DNA of 64,000 bases from an uncultured Planctomycetia bacterium (GTDB lineage: Bacteria > Omnitrophota > Gorgyraeia > Tantalellales > Tantalellaceae). The DNA lies in the NCBI GenBank assembly GCA_964527765.1, contig CAZGQR010000003.1, forward strand, positions 75,366 to 139,365. The letters are read 5' to 3'. A model generated the notes under the pieces. That model worked only from the letters and a program-made list of their open reading frames with translations. It did no database searches and had not been told where the DNA came from. Shown here piece by piece: positions 9,138 to 21,667 of this stretch. Within the stretch, counting starts at the first letter, position 1. Each line of letters starts with the position of its first letter. Position numbers and translations under genes: made by a program.

Positions 9138-10622
9138 TTATTCTTCTCTGATCATGAAGGGCTTTTTTGCCTGCTCGAAATACCGCAGGCAGTTCTGAAG
9201 CCAGATCCCAATATTGTTGAATTTGATGTTTCTGCGCATCCTGCCCATCCTCCGCCTTCTTTCCTCCACCGGCATATGGAGAGCCTGATATATGGCATTG
9301 GCGATGTCTTCGATGCTGTACGGATTGACGGGAAGACAGTTCTTTATCTCGGCTATGGCCCCGGCGAACTTGGAAAGGACCAGAACGCCGTCATTGTCGG
9401 AATGGGCGGCAACGTATTCCTTGCACACAAGGTTCATCCCGTCCCTCAACGGGGTCACCAGGGCCACGTCCGACGCCAGATAAAGGGCTACCAGCTCCTC
9501 AAACGGGATCGTCCCGTAATTGTAATGGATGGGCGCCCACAGGCCTGTCGAGAACTTCCCGTTGACCCGCCCGATTATTTCATCGATCTCTTTCTTCAGC
9601 GTTTTGTAAGTCTCCACGTCTTCCCTGCTGGGGATCACCAGCTGATAATAAAAGAATTTTTCTGCCAGCTCGGGATGTTCGTTAAGAAGCTGCTCCAGGC
9701 CGAGCAGTCTTTCCTTTATGCCCTTGGAATAATCGATGCGGTCAATGCCGAGTATCAGTTTCGGGCACGCGGCCTGCTGAAGTATCTCCTCTTTTCTCGC
9801 GATCACTTCCGGCTTGCGCGATGTTCTGTCCAGCAGCTCGAAATCTATGCTTATGGGGTTGGCGAAAAAACGTGTTTTGATATTCTCCTCGATGGTTTTA
9901 TCCTTCGGGATGCTTTTTTCTTTAAGATAGACATCGACCGCTCCCAGGAAATTTTTCAAATACTGCCGGTGCTGAAAACCGACCGTATTGCAGCAAAGAA
10001 GGGACCTTAGTATCTGTCGCTGCCACGGCAAGATCGAAAAGATATCCATGTGCGGGAATGGTATGTGCAGGAAAAAGTGTATTTCCTGTTCCGGCCGCAG
10101 CTGCCTGAGGTAATAGGGCGCCAGGAACAGGTGGAAGTCCTGGATCCATACGATATCGTTTTCCGCGGCGACCCTGTCGATGCAGGCGGCAAAACGTTTA
10201 TTGACCGCAGCGTATGTTTCCCAGGCGGAATAATCAAGAAAGGATTTTTCGAAAAAATAATGAAAAAGCGCCCACAGGGTGCCGTTCGAAAAACGGTTAT
10301 AATATTCGTCCAGCTCGTTGTGGTTTATAGGCACGCAGCCGATGCGGTAGGATTTGCCCCGTTTCCGCCTGAGCTCCTCTTTGGATTCTACTTTCCCGAT
10401 GTCTATAAGTTTCAGTTTCTCTTTTTGCGGGCTTTCAGCGGGGTATCCGTCCCAGCCCAGCCATACCCCGTCGGCATCGAGCAGGATCGGCTCCATGGCG
10501 GTAATAAGCCCGCCCGCGGCTTTCCCCCAGGCAAAGTTGCCTTTTTCGTCCTTATACCTGTAAAAAGGAAGCCTGTTAGACACGACAACGAGGCCCCTGT
10601 CTTTGCCCTTAAAGCGGATCAT
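9138..10622 (-). CDS. otsA: Alpha,alpha-trehalose-phosphate synthase (GT20)
   Basis: VVVSNRLP, WLGWDG, VWIQDFHLFL, GIDRIDYSKGI, LVTPLRDGMNLV: classic OtsA blocks. 494 aa. Confidence 0.92.
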   Translation of the reverse strand: MIRFKGKDRGLVVVSNRLPFYRYKDEKGNFAWGKAAGGLITAMEPILLDADGVWLGWDGYPAESPQKEKLKLIDIGKVESKEELRRKRGKSYRIGCVPINHNELDEYYNRFSNGTLWALFHYFFEKSFLDYSAWETYAAVNKRFAACIDRVAAENDIVWIQDFHLFLAPYYLRQLRPEQEIHFFLHIPFPHMDIFSILPWQRQILRSLLCCNTVGFQHRQYLKNFLGAVDVYLKEKSIPKDKTIEENIKTRFFANPISIDFELLDRTSRKPEVIARKEEILQQAACPKLILGIDRIDYSKGIKERLLGLEQLLNEHPELAEKFFYYQLVIPSREDVETYKTLKKEIDEIIGRVNGKFSTGLWAPIHYNYGTIPFEELVALYLASDVALVTPLRDGMNLVCKEYVAAHSDNDGVLVLSKFAGAIAEIKNCLPVNPYSIEDIANAIYQALHMPVEERRRRMGRMRRNIKFNNIGIWLQNCLRYFEQAKKPFMIREE

Positions 10623-10676
10623 TTCCCCGTCCTTTTGCCTTCCGTATGAATATAGGTAGTATTATTATAATTTTTT

Positions 10677-10706
10677 ATTATAACAATTAAGAAAGCTTAT
10701 TTCCAA
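10677..10706 (-). promoter_or_regulatory. Candidate sigma70-type promoter of the otsA operon
   Basis: Minus strand TTGGAA-18 nt-TATAAT in the AT-rich 129-bp spacer, about 55 nt upstream of the otsA ATG. Confidence 0.4.
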
Positions 10707-10751
10707 TGATTTCCTGTTCGAGTGATGTCGCGCGGGAAAACGGATATCAGA

Positions 10752-11795
10752 TCATTTTCGGCTGTAAGTCTCGGTGAATTTAATGATCATGTCCATCATC
10801 TTTACCGCCTCGACGGGATACCGACCGGCCGCCGATTCTTCCGAAAGCATCACGAAATCAGTGCCGTCGAGTATTGCATTGGCGACATCGGTGGTCTCGG
10901 CGCGCGTGGGCCGGCTGTGCTCGGTCATGTGCTCCAGCATCTGTGTCGCGGTGATCACGAACTTTTTCTTCTGGTTGCATTTTTTTATGATCATCTTCTG
11001 TATGATGGGGATCTCATAGATGGGCACCGCTACCCCCATGTCTCCTCTGGCCACCATTATGCCGTCCGAGGCATCAATGATCTCATCTATGTTCCTTATG
11101 GCCTCCCTGCTTTCTATCTTGGCCACGACAAGGCATTGAAAAGATCTCTGTTTTATGTGCTTCCTGATCGTATCGATGTCTTCCTTGCTGCGGACAAAAG
11201 ATTGAGAGACATAATCCACCTTGTGTTTTATCCCGAAATCAAGATCCTTTTTGTCTTTCGGCGTGACTCCGGCAAAGGGAATATGGACACCCGGCATGTT
11301 AATGCCCTTGCGCTCCTTCAGGATGCCCCCTTCGATCACTTCCGCTTTCACTTTCTTTTCTGATGTGCCCTTTGCTTTAAGGATTATATTGCCGTCATCT
11401 ATGTATATGAGCTGTCCCGCTTTTATCCCCTTCAGGTTTCCTTTGTAATCAAAGGGGATCACTCGCTCCTCCCCCGTATCCGGCTCTGCCGTAAGCCAGA
11501 CCGTTGCTTTTTTATCGAGCGTTTTGGTCTTTTTGCCCTTGAACCTGCATACCCGGATGCGAAATCCTTCCAGGTCCTGCATGATGCGGATATGCCGCCT
11601 GTATTTTTTGTTGATCTTTCTTATCAGTTCTATCCGCCCGAGGTGCTCTTTATGGCTCCCGTGTGAAAAATTGAGCCGGGCGACATTCAGCCCGGCCATG
11701 ACCATCTTGCGCAGCACGGTATAGCTGCTGCTGGCCGGTCCTATTGTCGCGATGATCTTTGTTCTGGCAAGTCTTTCCATTTTTTTTCTGGCCAT
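10752..11795 (-). CDS. pyk: Pyruvate kinase, short form (A+B domains only, 347 aa)
   Basis: [28 protein letters not shown]. The protein ends right after the A-domain barrel, with no C-terminal (allosteric) domain. Confidence 0.85.
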   Translation of the reverse strand: MARKKMERLARTKIIATIGPASSSYTVLRKMVMAGLNVARLNFSHGSHKEHLGRIELIRKINKKYRRHIRIMQDLEGFRIRVCRFKGKKTKTLDKKATVWLTAEPDTGEERVIPFDYKGNLKGIKAGQLIYIDDGNIILKAKGTSEKKVKAEVIEGGILKERKGINMPGVHIPFAGVTPKDKKDLDFGIKHKVDYVSQSFVRSKEDIDTIRKHIKQRSFQCLVVAKIESREAIRNIDEIIDASDGIMVARGDMGVAVPIYEIPIIQKMIIKKCNQKKKFVITATQMLEHMTEHSRPTRAETTDVANAILDGTDFVMLSEESAAGRYPVEAVKMMDMIIKFTETYSRK

Positions 11796-11816
11796 GATTT
11801 GTCCTCCGCGTAGTTA

Positions 11817-12239
11817 TTATGAAATATCGTGCTTGCAGACCCGAAAGACCTGGATGTCGGGGGCATACCGCTTGAACATCTCAACGACATGCTCGTCGTC
11901 ATCGAAAAACATGCCCACATCGCTCTCCTTGCAGTACCTTACCTTCTGCCAGACGAATTTCTCATAGTCGCTGAGCCCGGCATGCGGGCAATCTTCCACC
12001 TCGCCTTCCTGTTTCGGAAGATGATATATTGTGTCATATGCGATGCTGCCCGCGCTTAGATCCCTCAGCGTTCTTTCCCTGTCCGCGTTCCGATCGGGCC
12101 TGGTAGTGACAACGTGCACTTCCCAGCCCTCTTTCCTGGCTGCATTTGAAAGAAGGCTGAAAAAATCGGGCTGTCTCATTATTGTGTCATCGACATCCAG
12201 CCCTATCTTTATTTTTTTCTTTTTTCCTTTTCGCGTCAT
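11817..12239 (-). CDS. Small HAD-superfamily hydrolase-like protein (nucleotidase-like)
   Basis: 140 aa. DxDxT motif in IGLDVDDTIM, distal FFDDD acidic motif. 21 nt upstream of pyk. Confidence 0.5.
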   Translation of the reverse strand: MTRKGKKKKIKIGLDVDDTIMRQPDFFSLLSNAARKEGWEVHVVTTRPDRNADRERTLRDLSAGSIAYDTIYHLPKQEGEVEDCPHAGLSDYEKFVWQKVRYCKESDVGMFFDDDEHVVEMFKRYAPDIQVFRVCKHDIS

Positions 12240-12248
12240 CTCTCCAGA

Positions 12249-12824
12249 TCATTTTTTCACGGCCGGCACTATTATTTTCCCTTCTTCGTCGTCCCCGTAA
12301 GCCGTGAAGTCTCCCTTCCTGTAATAATACGCCGTTACTGCGGCGCATACCGCGTCTAAAAGGTCCTGCCCGCCCTTCTTTGAAACGAAATGGATCGGCA
12401 GGTTAAAAAACAGCTTGCTGTCCTTGAAACAATTATACGAAGCTGTGGGGAAAACTTCTATCACGTTCGGCCGCCGGATCCCAAAAGCGTCGAATAAATA
12501 GAACCCCACCTGGAACCAATCATGTTTTTCGGAATCGAACGTCTCTCTTGTCGGGGTGAACTGCGGGTTTGCGAGCTTCCGGGATCTTATCTCTCTCTCG
12601 CACTGTCTGCCGTTTTTCGGCCCCTTAGAAAGATACCTCGAGGCGTCTATCGCGATGACGGAATCCTTTCCATACTTGTCATAGATCTTTCTGGCCAGCT
12701 TGATCGCGTCTTCCTTCGAAGAGACCTTCTCGGCCAGGATCTTCTCGATCTCAAGCCGATCGTTCAACACGGCGATAACCTGGTTTCTCTTGCTGCCCGC
12801 GACATCGATCCCTATATATCTCAC
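12249..12824 (-). CDS. DUF429-like protein (predicted RNase H-fold nuclease)
   Basis: 191 aa. N-terminal MRYIGIDVAGSKR and AIDAS motifs fit my recollection of DUF429. Not verified by search. Confidence 0.45.
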   Translation of the reverse strand: MRYIGIDVAGSKRNQVIAVLNDRLEIEKILAEKVSSKEDAIKLARKIYDKYGKDSVIAIDASRYLSKGPKNGRQCEREIRSRKLANPQFTPTRETFDSEKHDWFQVGFYLFDAFGIRRPNVIEVFPTASYNCFKDSKLFFNLPIHFVSKKGGQDLLDAVCAAVTAYYYRKGDFTAYGDDEEGKIIVPAVKK

Positions 12825-12842
12825 GCCTGCTCTCCCGGATCC

Positions 12843-13127
12843 TTACTCCTCTTCGGTCTCTATTAATCTTTTCCGCTGTATATATTCTGTCTTTGTCAGT
12901 CCTCCGCGCTGATACTCCCGGTCAAGATCCCTCATCAGCCTGTCATGCCGCGGCCGGGGTCCGGATCCCGCCAGCGGCTCCGGAGGCGGATCCGCTTCAG
13001 AGCCTATCCGCTCCCCGGGTTCCGCCTTGTCCTCTCCGGCAAAAGCTGAGGCGGCAGTGCCGGACCCTTTCGGCGCTGCCGTCAAAAGAGCAATGATCGC
13101 CATACACAGAAAAAATTTTATCTTCAC
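12843..13127 (-). CDS. Small secreted/lipid-anchored protein with SHOCT-like C-terminus
   Basis: GTG 13127 preceded by GAGAGGGA. VKIKFFLCMAIIALLTAAP is a signal-like N-terminus, followed by a Pro/Gly-rich linker. C-terminal RGGLTKTEYIQRKRLI resembles a SHOCT motif. Confidence 0.45.
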   Translation of the reverse strand: MKIKFFLCMAIIALLTAAPKGSGTAASAFAGEDKAEPGERIGSEADPPPEPLAGSGPRPRHDRLMRDLDREYQRGGLTKTEYIQRKRLIETEEE

Positions 13128-13207
13128 GCGGGTCCCTCTCGTTATCCTGCTCCAAAGATACGCCTTTCCATCCTCTGTAATTATAGCGTATCTTGAATAA
13201 GGCGGGA

Positions 13208-13242
13208 AGAAATAAAAAGCCCGGCTTAAGATCAGCCGGGCT
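13208..13242 (-). terminator. Intrinsic terminator after tRNA-Asp
   Basis: Perfect 9-bp GC-rich stem (13218-13226 / 13234-13242) with a 7-nt loop, followed on the minus strand by TTTTTATTT. Confidence 0.75.
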
Positions 13243-13251
13243 CCTAACATC

Positions 13252-13329
13252 TGGCGGGGCGGACGGGGCTCGAACCCGCGACCTTCGGATCGACAGTCCG
13301 ACGTTCTAAACCAACTGAACTACCGCCCC
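13252..13329 (-). tRNA. tRNA-Asp (GTC)
   Basis: Cloverleaf read by eye: acceptor GGGGCGG/CCGCCCC, anticodon stem TCGGA/TCCGA, loop CTGTCGA, T arm GCGGG-TTCGAGC-CCCGT, encoded CCA. Confidence 0.92.
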
Positions 13330-13415
13330 TTTGAGCGTGTGTTTATTTATAACACAGAACACCTGGCGCGTCAATCGCTCCGTAACGCATCGGCCGAGAG
13401 TCCGAATTTCAATAG

Positions 13416-13493
13416 TGGTGGGCGATGTAGGATTCGAACCTACGACATCTACCTTGTAAGGGTAGCGCTCTAAACCAGCTGAGCTAATCGCCC
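13416..13493 (-). tRNA. tRNA-Val (TAC)
   Basis: Acceptor GGGCGAT/ATCGCCC, D arm GCTC..GAGC, anticodon stem CTACC/GGTAG, loop CTTACAA, T loop TTCGAAT, encoded CCA. Confidence 0.92.
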
Positions 13494-13516
13494 GCGCCCG
13501 ATTCCCTGAAAAACGT

Positions 13517-13545
13517 ATTATATATTGGCCCCGAAAATATGTCAA
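13517..13545 (-). promoter_or_regulatory. Consensus sigma70 promoter of the tRNA-Val/tRNA-Asp unit
   Basis: Minus strand TTGACA-17 nt-TATAAT (perfect consensus), about 17 nt upstream of the tRNA-Val 5' end, just downstream of the glmS stop. Confidence 0.7.
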
Positions 13546-13554
13546 ACCCGACCG

Positions 13555-15411
13555 CTATTCCACCGTGACCGATTTGGCGAGATTGCGCGGCTGATCTATA
13601 TCATACCCGAAGTCCTCAGCCACATGATACGCCAAGAGCTGCAGCGGGATGGCGACAAGGATCGGCGAGAACGTTTCCTTGATCCGCGGGATCTCGATAA
13701 TATCGTCTATACGGCCGTCCCGCAGCACCTTGTCGCCCTCAGAGATAATGGCGATAACGATGCCGCCTCTGGCCTTGATCTCCTGAATGTTCGATATCAT
13801 CTTGTCGTAGGTATCAGCCTGCGGCGCGATGCAGACCACCCACGGGTTTTCGTCTATAAGGGCGATCGGGCCGTGTTTCATCTCTCCCGCGGGATACCCT
13901 TCCGCGCTGATATAAGAGATCTCCTTGAGCTTTAATGCCCCTTCAAGCGCGTTGGGATAGTTTATGTTTCTCCCCAGATAAAGAAAACAGCTTTTGTTGT
14001 TTCGGGCCAGGTAATATTCATGGAAGTCCGCGGCGTATTTCGCAAGAACATTTCCCCGCGAACGGTATTTATCCAGCAGCCTGTCGGCGAGAGCCGGTAT
14101 CTTCTTGAGGTCTTTGAGAAATTGCGCCCTCTCCCTTGCGGGGCGTTTTTTTACCCGGGCAAGATAATAAGTTAAAAGATACAGCACGGCAAGCTGCGCA
14201 GTATATGCCTTGGTGGATGCCACGGCTATTTCCGGGCCGGCGTGCGTGTATATCACCCCGTCGGACTCCCTGGCGATGGAGCTGCCCAGAACGTTGCATA
14301 TGGCCAGGACGAGCGCGCCTCTTTTTTTTGCTTCCCGCAGCGCCGCCAGGGTGTCGGCCGTTTCGCCGGATTGCGATATGACGATCACCAGCGTATCCTT
14401 GCCCACCAGAGGGGCCCGATAGCGGAACTCGCTTGAGAAATCCACCCATACCGGGATCTTCGCATATCTTTCGATCATGTATTTACCGGTGACCCCTGCG
14501 TGATATGCCGTTCCGCAGGCAACGACCGCGATCCTTTGCGCTTTTCTGAACTGCGTTTCGGAAATCGCGAGTTCTTCGAATCTCACCCTGCCCGTCTTTA
14601 TTCTTTCCTTGAAAATATTGCGCAGCACTTCGGGCTGTTCAAAGATCTCCTTCAGCATAAAATGTTTGTATCCCGATTTCTCGGCCTGTGATATGTCCCA
14701 TTTTACCGCTGTCGGCCTTCTGCGGACCTTTTTTCCTTTTGCGCCCCAAATAACGCATCCCTTCGCCGAAAGATCCGCCACTTCGCCGCTTTCAAGATAA
14801 ATCGCCTTTTTAGTGTACTCGAGCACGGCAGGTATATCGCTGGCGATAAAATTCTCTTCCTCCCCCAGGCCGACGATCAGCGGGCTGTCCCTGCGCGCTC
14901 CGACGATCCTTCCCGGCTCCCCCTTGTGCACTACCGCTACCGCGAAAGAGCCTTTCAGTTTCTTTATCGCCGTCCTGACGGCCATGCAAAGATCCCCTTT
15001 ATAGTGCTGTGCGATCAGATGCGCGATGACCTCGCTGTCGGTGTCGGAAGAGAATGCATATCCTTTGTTCTGCAGTTTTTTCTTCAGTTCGAGGTAGTTC
15101 TCGATAATGCCGTTATGAACGATTGCGATATGCGTTCTGGGGTCGACGTGAGGGTGCGCGTTTATATCGTTGGGGGCTCCGTGCGTCGCCCATCGCGTGT
15201 GGCCTATGCCCGTCTTTCCCCTGAGCGGTGCGCGTTTAAGCTCGTCTATCAGAACGGACAGTTTGCCCTGTTTTTTCCTCACATGCAGTTCTCCCCCCCT
15301 TAAAACAGCGACTCCCGCTGAGTCGTACCCGCGGTATTCAAGGCGGGAAAGTCCCTTGATGAGAATTTTTGACGCGTCCTGATTTCCTGTGTATCCTATG
15401 ATCCCGCACAT
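13555..15411 (-). CDS. glmS: Glutamine--fructose-6-phosphate aminotransferase
   Basis: MCGIIGY N-terminal nucleophile, two SIS domains, C-terminal ...RNLAKSVTVE. 618 aa. Confidence 0.95.
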   Translation of the reverse strand: MCGIIGYTGNQDASKILIKGLSRLEYRGYDSAGVAVLRGGELHVRKKQGKLSVLIDELKRAPLRGKTGIGHTRWATHGAPNDINAHPHVDPRTHIAIVHNGIIENYLELKKKLQNKGYAFSSDTDSEVIAHLIAQHYKGDLCMAVRTAIKKLKGSFAVAVVHKGEPGRIVGARRDSPLIVGLGEEENFIASDIPAVLEYTKKAIYLESGEVADLSAKGCVIWGAKGKKVRRRPTAVKWDISQAEKSGYKHFMLKEIFEQPEVLRNIFKERIKTGRVRFEELAISETQFRKAQRIAVVACGTAYHAGVTGKYMIERYAKIPVWVDFSSEFRYRAPLVGKDTLVIVISQSGETADTLAALREAKKRGALVLAICNVLGSSIARESDGVIYTHAGPEIAVASTKAYTAQLAVLYLLTYYLARVKKRPARERAQFLKDLKKIPALADRLLDKYRSRGNVLAKYAADFHEYYLARNNKSCFLYLGRNINYPNALEGALKLKEISYISAEGYPAGEMKHGPIALIDENPWVVCIAPQADTYDKMISNIQEIKARGGIVIAIISEGDKVLRDGRIDDIIEIPRIKETFSPILVAIPLQLLAYHVAEDFGYDIDQPRNLAKSVTVE

Positions 15412-15454
15412 GGTATGGCCGTTCTCCTAATGCCTCTTTTTGCACGCTCCGCGA

Positions 15455-15982
15455 TTATCGTTCCCGGAACTTTTCCATGAGATTCATAATGTCGTTCCTC
15501 GCACAGCGCCCTACCAGGGAAGCCATGTAAAGAAGAATGGACAGCTGCCAGCAATCTTCAGGGCCGAGGATAAGCGCCGTGTTAACGTTTTCCTCGCGCT
15601 CCAGTTCCTTTTTGTATTTTTCTACGCCTTTTGCCAGGGACAGTTCCTCAAGTTCCAGTTTCTCCACGGTGTTATTGTACTTAAGCGACGGAAACCTTAT
15701 CCCTCTCATCAGGAGAAACATCTGCATGGCGCCCTGTTCTATCTCGAGGTCCTGTTCAAAATCAAATCCCTCGAACTGCGGCAGATCTTCCGGAAGGAGT
15801 ATCATGGGTTTTTCTATGATTATCTTTCCTTTTCTTACTATTGTATGCCCTTCGTTCACGACGGACTCCGCCAGAAACATGTACGGCACCGCCGTGCTTG
15901 CGAACGTCGAGAGCCCTTTGGCGCGGCCTCTTATCACTTCGGTCTTTTCCTGTGCTTTCTCCCAAAGCTGTTCAATGTCCAT
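15455..15982 (-). CDS. Hypothetical acidic cytoplasmic protein, 175 aa
   Basis: ATG 15982 preceded by GAGGAG. Composition looks coding and no TM segments. No family recognised. Confidence 0.55.
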   Translation of the reverse strand: MDIEQLWEKAQEKTEVIRGRAKGLSTFASTAVPYMFLAESVVNEGHTIVRKGKIIIEKPMILLPEDLPQFEGFDFEQDLEIEQGAMQMFLLMRGIRFPSLKYNNTVEKLELEELSLAKGVEKYKKELEREENVNTALILGPEDCWQLSILLYMASLVGRCARNDIMNLMEKFRER

Positions 15983-16097
15983 GCTCTCTCCTCAAAAATA
16001 CCCCCTCCCCATAAAGGAAGGGGAACAGCCGGGCCGGACCGGCCCTTTTCCCCGCTATTCGCTCGGCGCAAATCTCCCTTCGAATCCTTCAATAAGA

Positions 16098-16175
16098 TGG
16101 CGTCCCCAAGGGGATTCGAACCCCTGTCGACAGATCGAAAATCTGTTGTCCTAGGCCAGGCTAGACGATGGGGAC
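16098..16175 (-). tRNA. tRNA-Glu (TTC)
   Basis: Acceptor GTCCCCA/TGGGGAC, anticodon stem ACAGA/TCTGT, loop TTTTCGA, T arm AGGGG-TTCGAAT-CCCCT, encoded CCA. Confidence 0.9.
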
Positions 16176-16188
16176 GCAAACGCGGTTT

Positions 16189-16217
16189 ATTGTACAAAAG
16201 CCTTTCTTTATTTGCAA
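16189..16217 (-). promoter_or_regulatory. Candidate promoter for tRNA-Glu
   Basis: Minus strand TTGCAA-17 nt-TACAAT between the gyrA stop and tRNA-Glu. Confidence 0.5.
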
Positions 16218-16224
16218 CTCTTTT

Positions 16225-18687
16225 TTACTCTTCGCTCTTACCTTCTTCCGCCGCCTCTTCCTCTTCTTTCGCCACAACGCTCGCGACGGAGGTCAGCCTG
16301 TCCGGAGACTTCAGGCTTATGACCCTTACCCCCTGTGTCGCTCTTCCGACCTTGCTTATTCCTTTAACGGCCGCCCTGACGACCATTCCCTTCTTTGAGA
16401 TCAGCATGATCTCATTTTCCTCCCGGACGGCCTTGACCCCCACGACCGAACCGTTCTTTGCGACAACCTTGAGGTTAATTATCCCGCTGCCGCCTCTTGA
16501 CTGCCGGCGATAAGCATCAAACTCGGTTCGCTTGCCGAATCCTCCTTCGGTCACGGTCAGAAGCGCCCCGGAGGGGTCCACTTTCGTCATGCCGACGACC
16601 CTGTCCTTCTTCTTCAGCGATATGCCCTTGACCCCTTGCGCGCCGCGCCCCATGGGTCTTATATCTTTTTCAGAAAATCGTATCGCTTTTCCGTTCGCGG
16701 TCGCCAGGCAGATCTCATCCTTGCCGCCGGAAAGAACCGATTCTATAAGCTGGTCTCCCTTCCCGAGGGTAACGGCAATGATGCCCCCCTTTCGGGGGTT
16801 GCTGAAAGCGGTCAGCGGTGTTTTCTTTATTTTGCCCTGCTCCGTGGCCATAACAACAAACTCGCCTTCGGTGAATTCCCGGACAGGGACAACGGATGTT
16901 ATCTTCTCGTCGCCGGAGACCCCGATAAGGTTGACGATGGGCCGCCCCTTGGTCCTGCGCCCGGCCTGGGGGATCTCGTGCACCTTGAGCCAGTGCAGTT
17001 TGCCCGCGCTGGTAAAAATGAGCATGTAGTCATGCGTCGAGGCGACGAAAAGGTGTTCGACGAAATCCTCTTCCCTGGTCTCGGCCCCCGTCACGCCTTT
17101 TCCTCCGCGCCGCTGTTTCTTGTAAGCGCTCACGGGGAACCTCTTTATATATCCCGCATGGCTCAGGGTGATCACCATGTCTTCTTCCGCGATAAGGTCT
17201 TCTATGTCTATGTCCTCCGCGGCCGCGGTAACCTCCGTCCTGCGGGGGTCTCCGAATTTTTCCTTGACCTCCAACGACTCTTCCTTGATAATGCCCAGGA
17301 CTTTTTTCTCGCTTGCCAGTATCCCCTTCAGTTTTTCTATGGTCTTCAAAAGCTCCAGGTATTCGTTCTGTATCTTTTCTGTCTCAAGGTTGGTCAGTTG
17401 CTGCAGCCTCATGGCCAGTATCGCCAGCGCCTGTTTCTCGGAAAGGCTGAATTTTTTCATGAGCCCCACTTTTGCCGCTTCCGGATCTTTTGACTTCTTG
17501 ATGAGCTTTATGACTTCATCCAGGTTCTTGATGGCGATCTTCAGGCCCTCGAGGATATGGGCCCTTTCCTCTGCCCTGGCAAGATCGAACCTTGTCCGTT
17601 TTATGATCACATCTTTGCGGTGCTTGACAAAAAGCTCCAGCATCTCCTTCAGGTTAAGGATCCTGGGCTGCATATCGACTATGGCGAGCATTATGACCCC
17701 GAAGGTGTCCCGCATCTGGGTGTGTTTATAAAGCTGGTTCATGAGGACTTCCGAGTTATACCCGCGCCGGACATCTATCACCACTCTCATGCCGTCCCGG
17801 TCGGATTCGTCCCTGATATCCGCGATGCCTTCGACTTTCTTGTTTTTGACAAGGCTGGCGATCGAAGTAATAAGGCGCGTCTTGTTGACCTGATAGGGGA
17901 TCTCCGTGATCACTATGCTCTCTTTCCCCTGTTTTTTCTGCTCCACATGCACCTTCGCGTGCAGGGTGAGGGACCCTCTGCCTGTCCGGTAAGCCCTGCG
18001 GATCTCGTCCTTCCCGCAGATAAGCGCCCCCGTCGGAAAATCCGGGCCCTTGACGATCTTCGCCAGGTCATCGACCGAACAATCCGGATTATCTATGAGA
18101 TAGCATGTCGCGTCCACGATCTCCGTGAGATTGTGCGGAGGTATGTTCGTGGCCATCCCGACGGCGATCCCGCTGGAACCGTTGAGCAGGAGGTTGGGCA
18201 ATACCGCCGGAAGGACTTCCGGCTCTGAAAGCGACCCGTCAAAATTGGGCTGGAAACCCACCGTCTCTTTTTCTATGTCCTTGAGCATCCATTCGGTTAT
18301 CTGCTGCAGTCTTGCTTCTGTATACCGCATCGCAGCTGCCGGGTCTCCGTCAACGGACCCGAAATTGCCCTGACCGTCGATGAGGGGATACCTGAGAGAG
18401 AAGTCCTGCACCATGCGCACGAGCGTGTCATAAACCGCCGCGTCCCCGTGCGGGTGGTATTTTCCAAGAACCTCGCCGACGATCCTCGCGCTTTTTTTGA
18501 ACGACTTGCTGTACACAAGTCCCATATCCTTCATCGCGTAAAGTATGCGTCGATGAACGGGCTTAAGCCCGTCCCGCACATCCGGCAGTGCGCGTCCGAC
18601 GATCACGCTCATGGCGTAATTTATGTACGAGTCCTTCATCTCTTCTTCGATATAGACCGGAATGATCTTCTCGTTTCTTGTATACAT
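16225..18687 (-). CDS. gyrA: DNA gyrase subunit A
   Basis: [24 protein letters not shown], active-site region AAMRYTE, C-terminal beta-pinwheel repeats. 820 aa. Confidence 0.96.
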   Translation of the reverse strand: MYTRNEKIIPVYIEEEMKDSYINYAMSVIVGRALPDVRDGLKPVHRRILYAMKDMGLVYSKSFKKSARIVGEVLGKYHPHGDAAVYDTLVRMVQDFSLRYPLIDGQGNFGSVDGDPAAAMRYTEARLQQITEWMLKDIEKETVGFQPNFDGSLSEPEVLPAVLPNLLLNGSSGIAVGMATNIPPHNLTEIVDATCYLIDNPDCSVDDLAKIVKGPDFPTGALICGKDEIRRAYRTGRGSLTLHAKVHVEQKKQGKESIVITEIPYQVNKTRLITSIASLVKNKKVEGIADIRDESDRDGMRVVIDVRRGYNSEVLMNQLYKHTQMRDTFGVIMLAIVDMQPRILNLKEMLELFVKHRKDVIIKRTRFDLARAEERAHILEGLKIAIKNLDEVIKLIKKSKDPEAAKVGLMKKFSLSEKQALAILAMRLQQLTNLETEKIQNEYLELLKTIEKLKGILASEKKVLGIIKEESLEVKEKFGDPRRTEVTAAAEDIDIEDLIAEEDMVITLSHAGYIKRFPVSAYKKQRRGGKGVTGAETREEDFVEHLFVASTHDYMLIFTSAGKLHWLKVHEIPQAGRRTKGRPIVNLIGVSGDEKITSVVPVREFTEGEFVVMATEQGKIKKTPLTAFSNPRKGGIIAVTLGKGDQLIESVLSGGKDEICLATANGKAIRFSEKDIRPMGRGAQGVKGISLKKKDRVVGMTKVDPSGALLTVTEGGFGKRTEFDAYRRQSRGGSGIINLKVVAKNGSVVGVKAVREENEIMLISKKGMVVRAAVKGISKVGRATQGVRVISLKSPDRLTSVASVVAKEEEEAAEEGKSEE

Positions 18688-18726
18688 TTTTTCTCCCGTT
18701 TATTCGCTCTTGCCTTTTGGTCCGCC

Positions 18727-21663
<2,937 letters not shown>

Positions 21664-21667
<4 letters not shown>

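Noticed and set aside
13306-13545. 79-aa ORF spanning tRNA-Asp and tRNA-Val (minus strand)
   Set aside because: It is made up of tRNA sequence and the spacer between them. The tRNA cloverleaves are unambiguous.
15412-15454. glmS ribozyme upstream of glmS
   Set aside because: Only 43 nt separate glmS from the preceding CDS, which is too short for the ribozyme of about 170 nt. No conserved core is seen.
16031-16049. GC palindrome GGGCCGGaCCGGCCC plus TTTT as a plus-strand terminator
   Set aside because: No plus-strand gene lies upstream of it. On the biologically relevant minus strand no U-tract follows. It may be a processing or pause hairpin, but it is not called.
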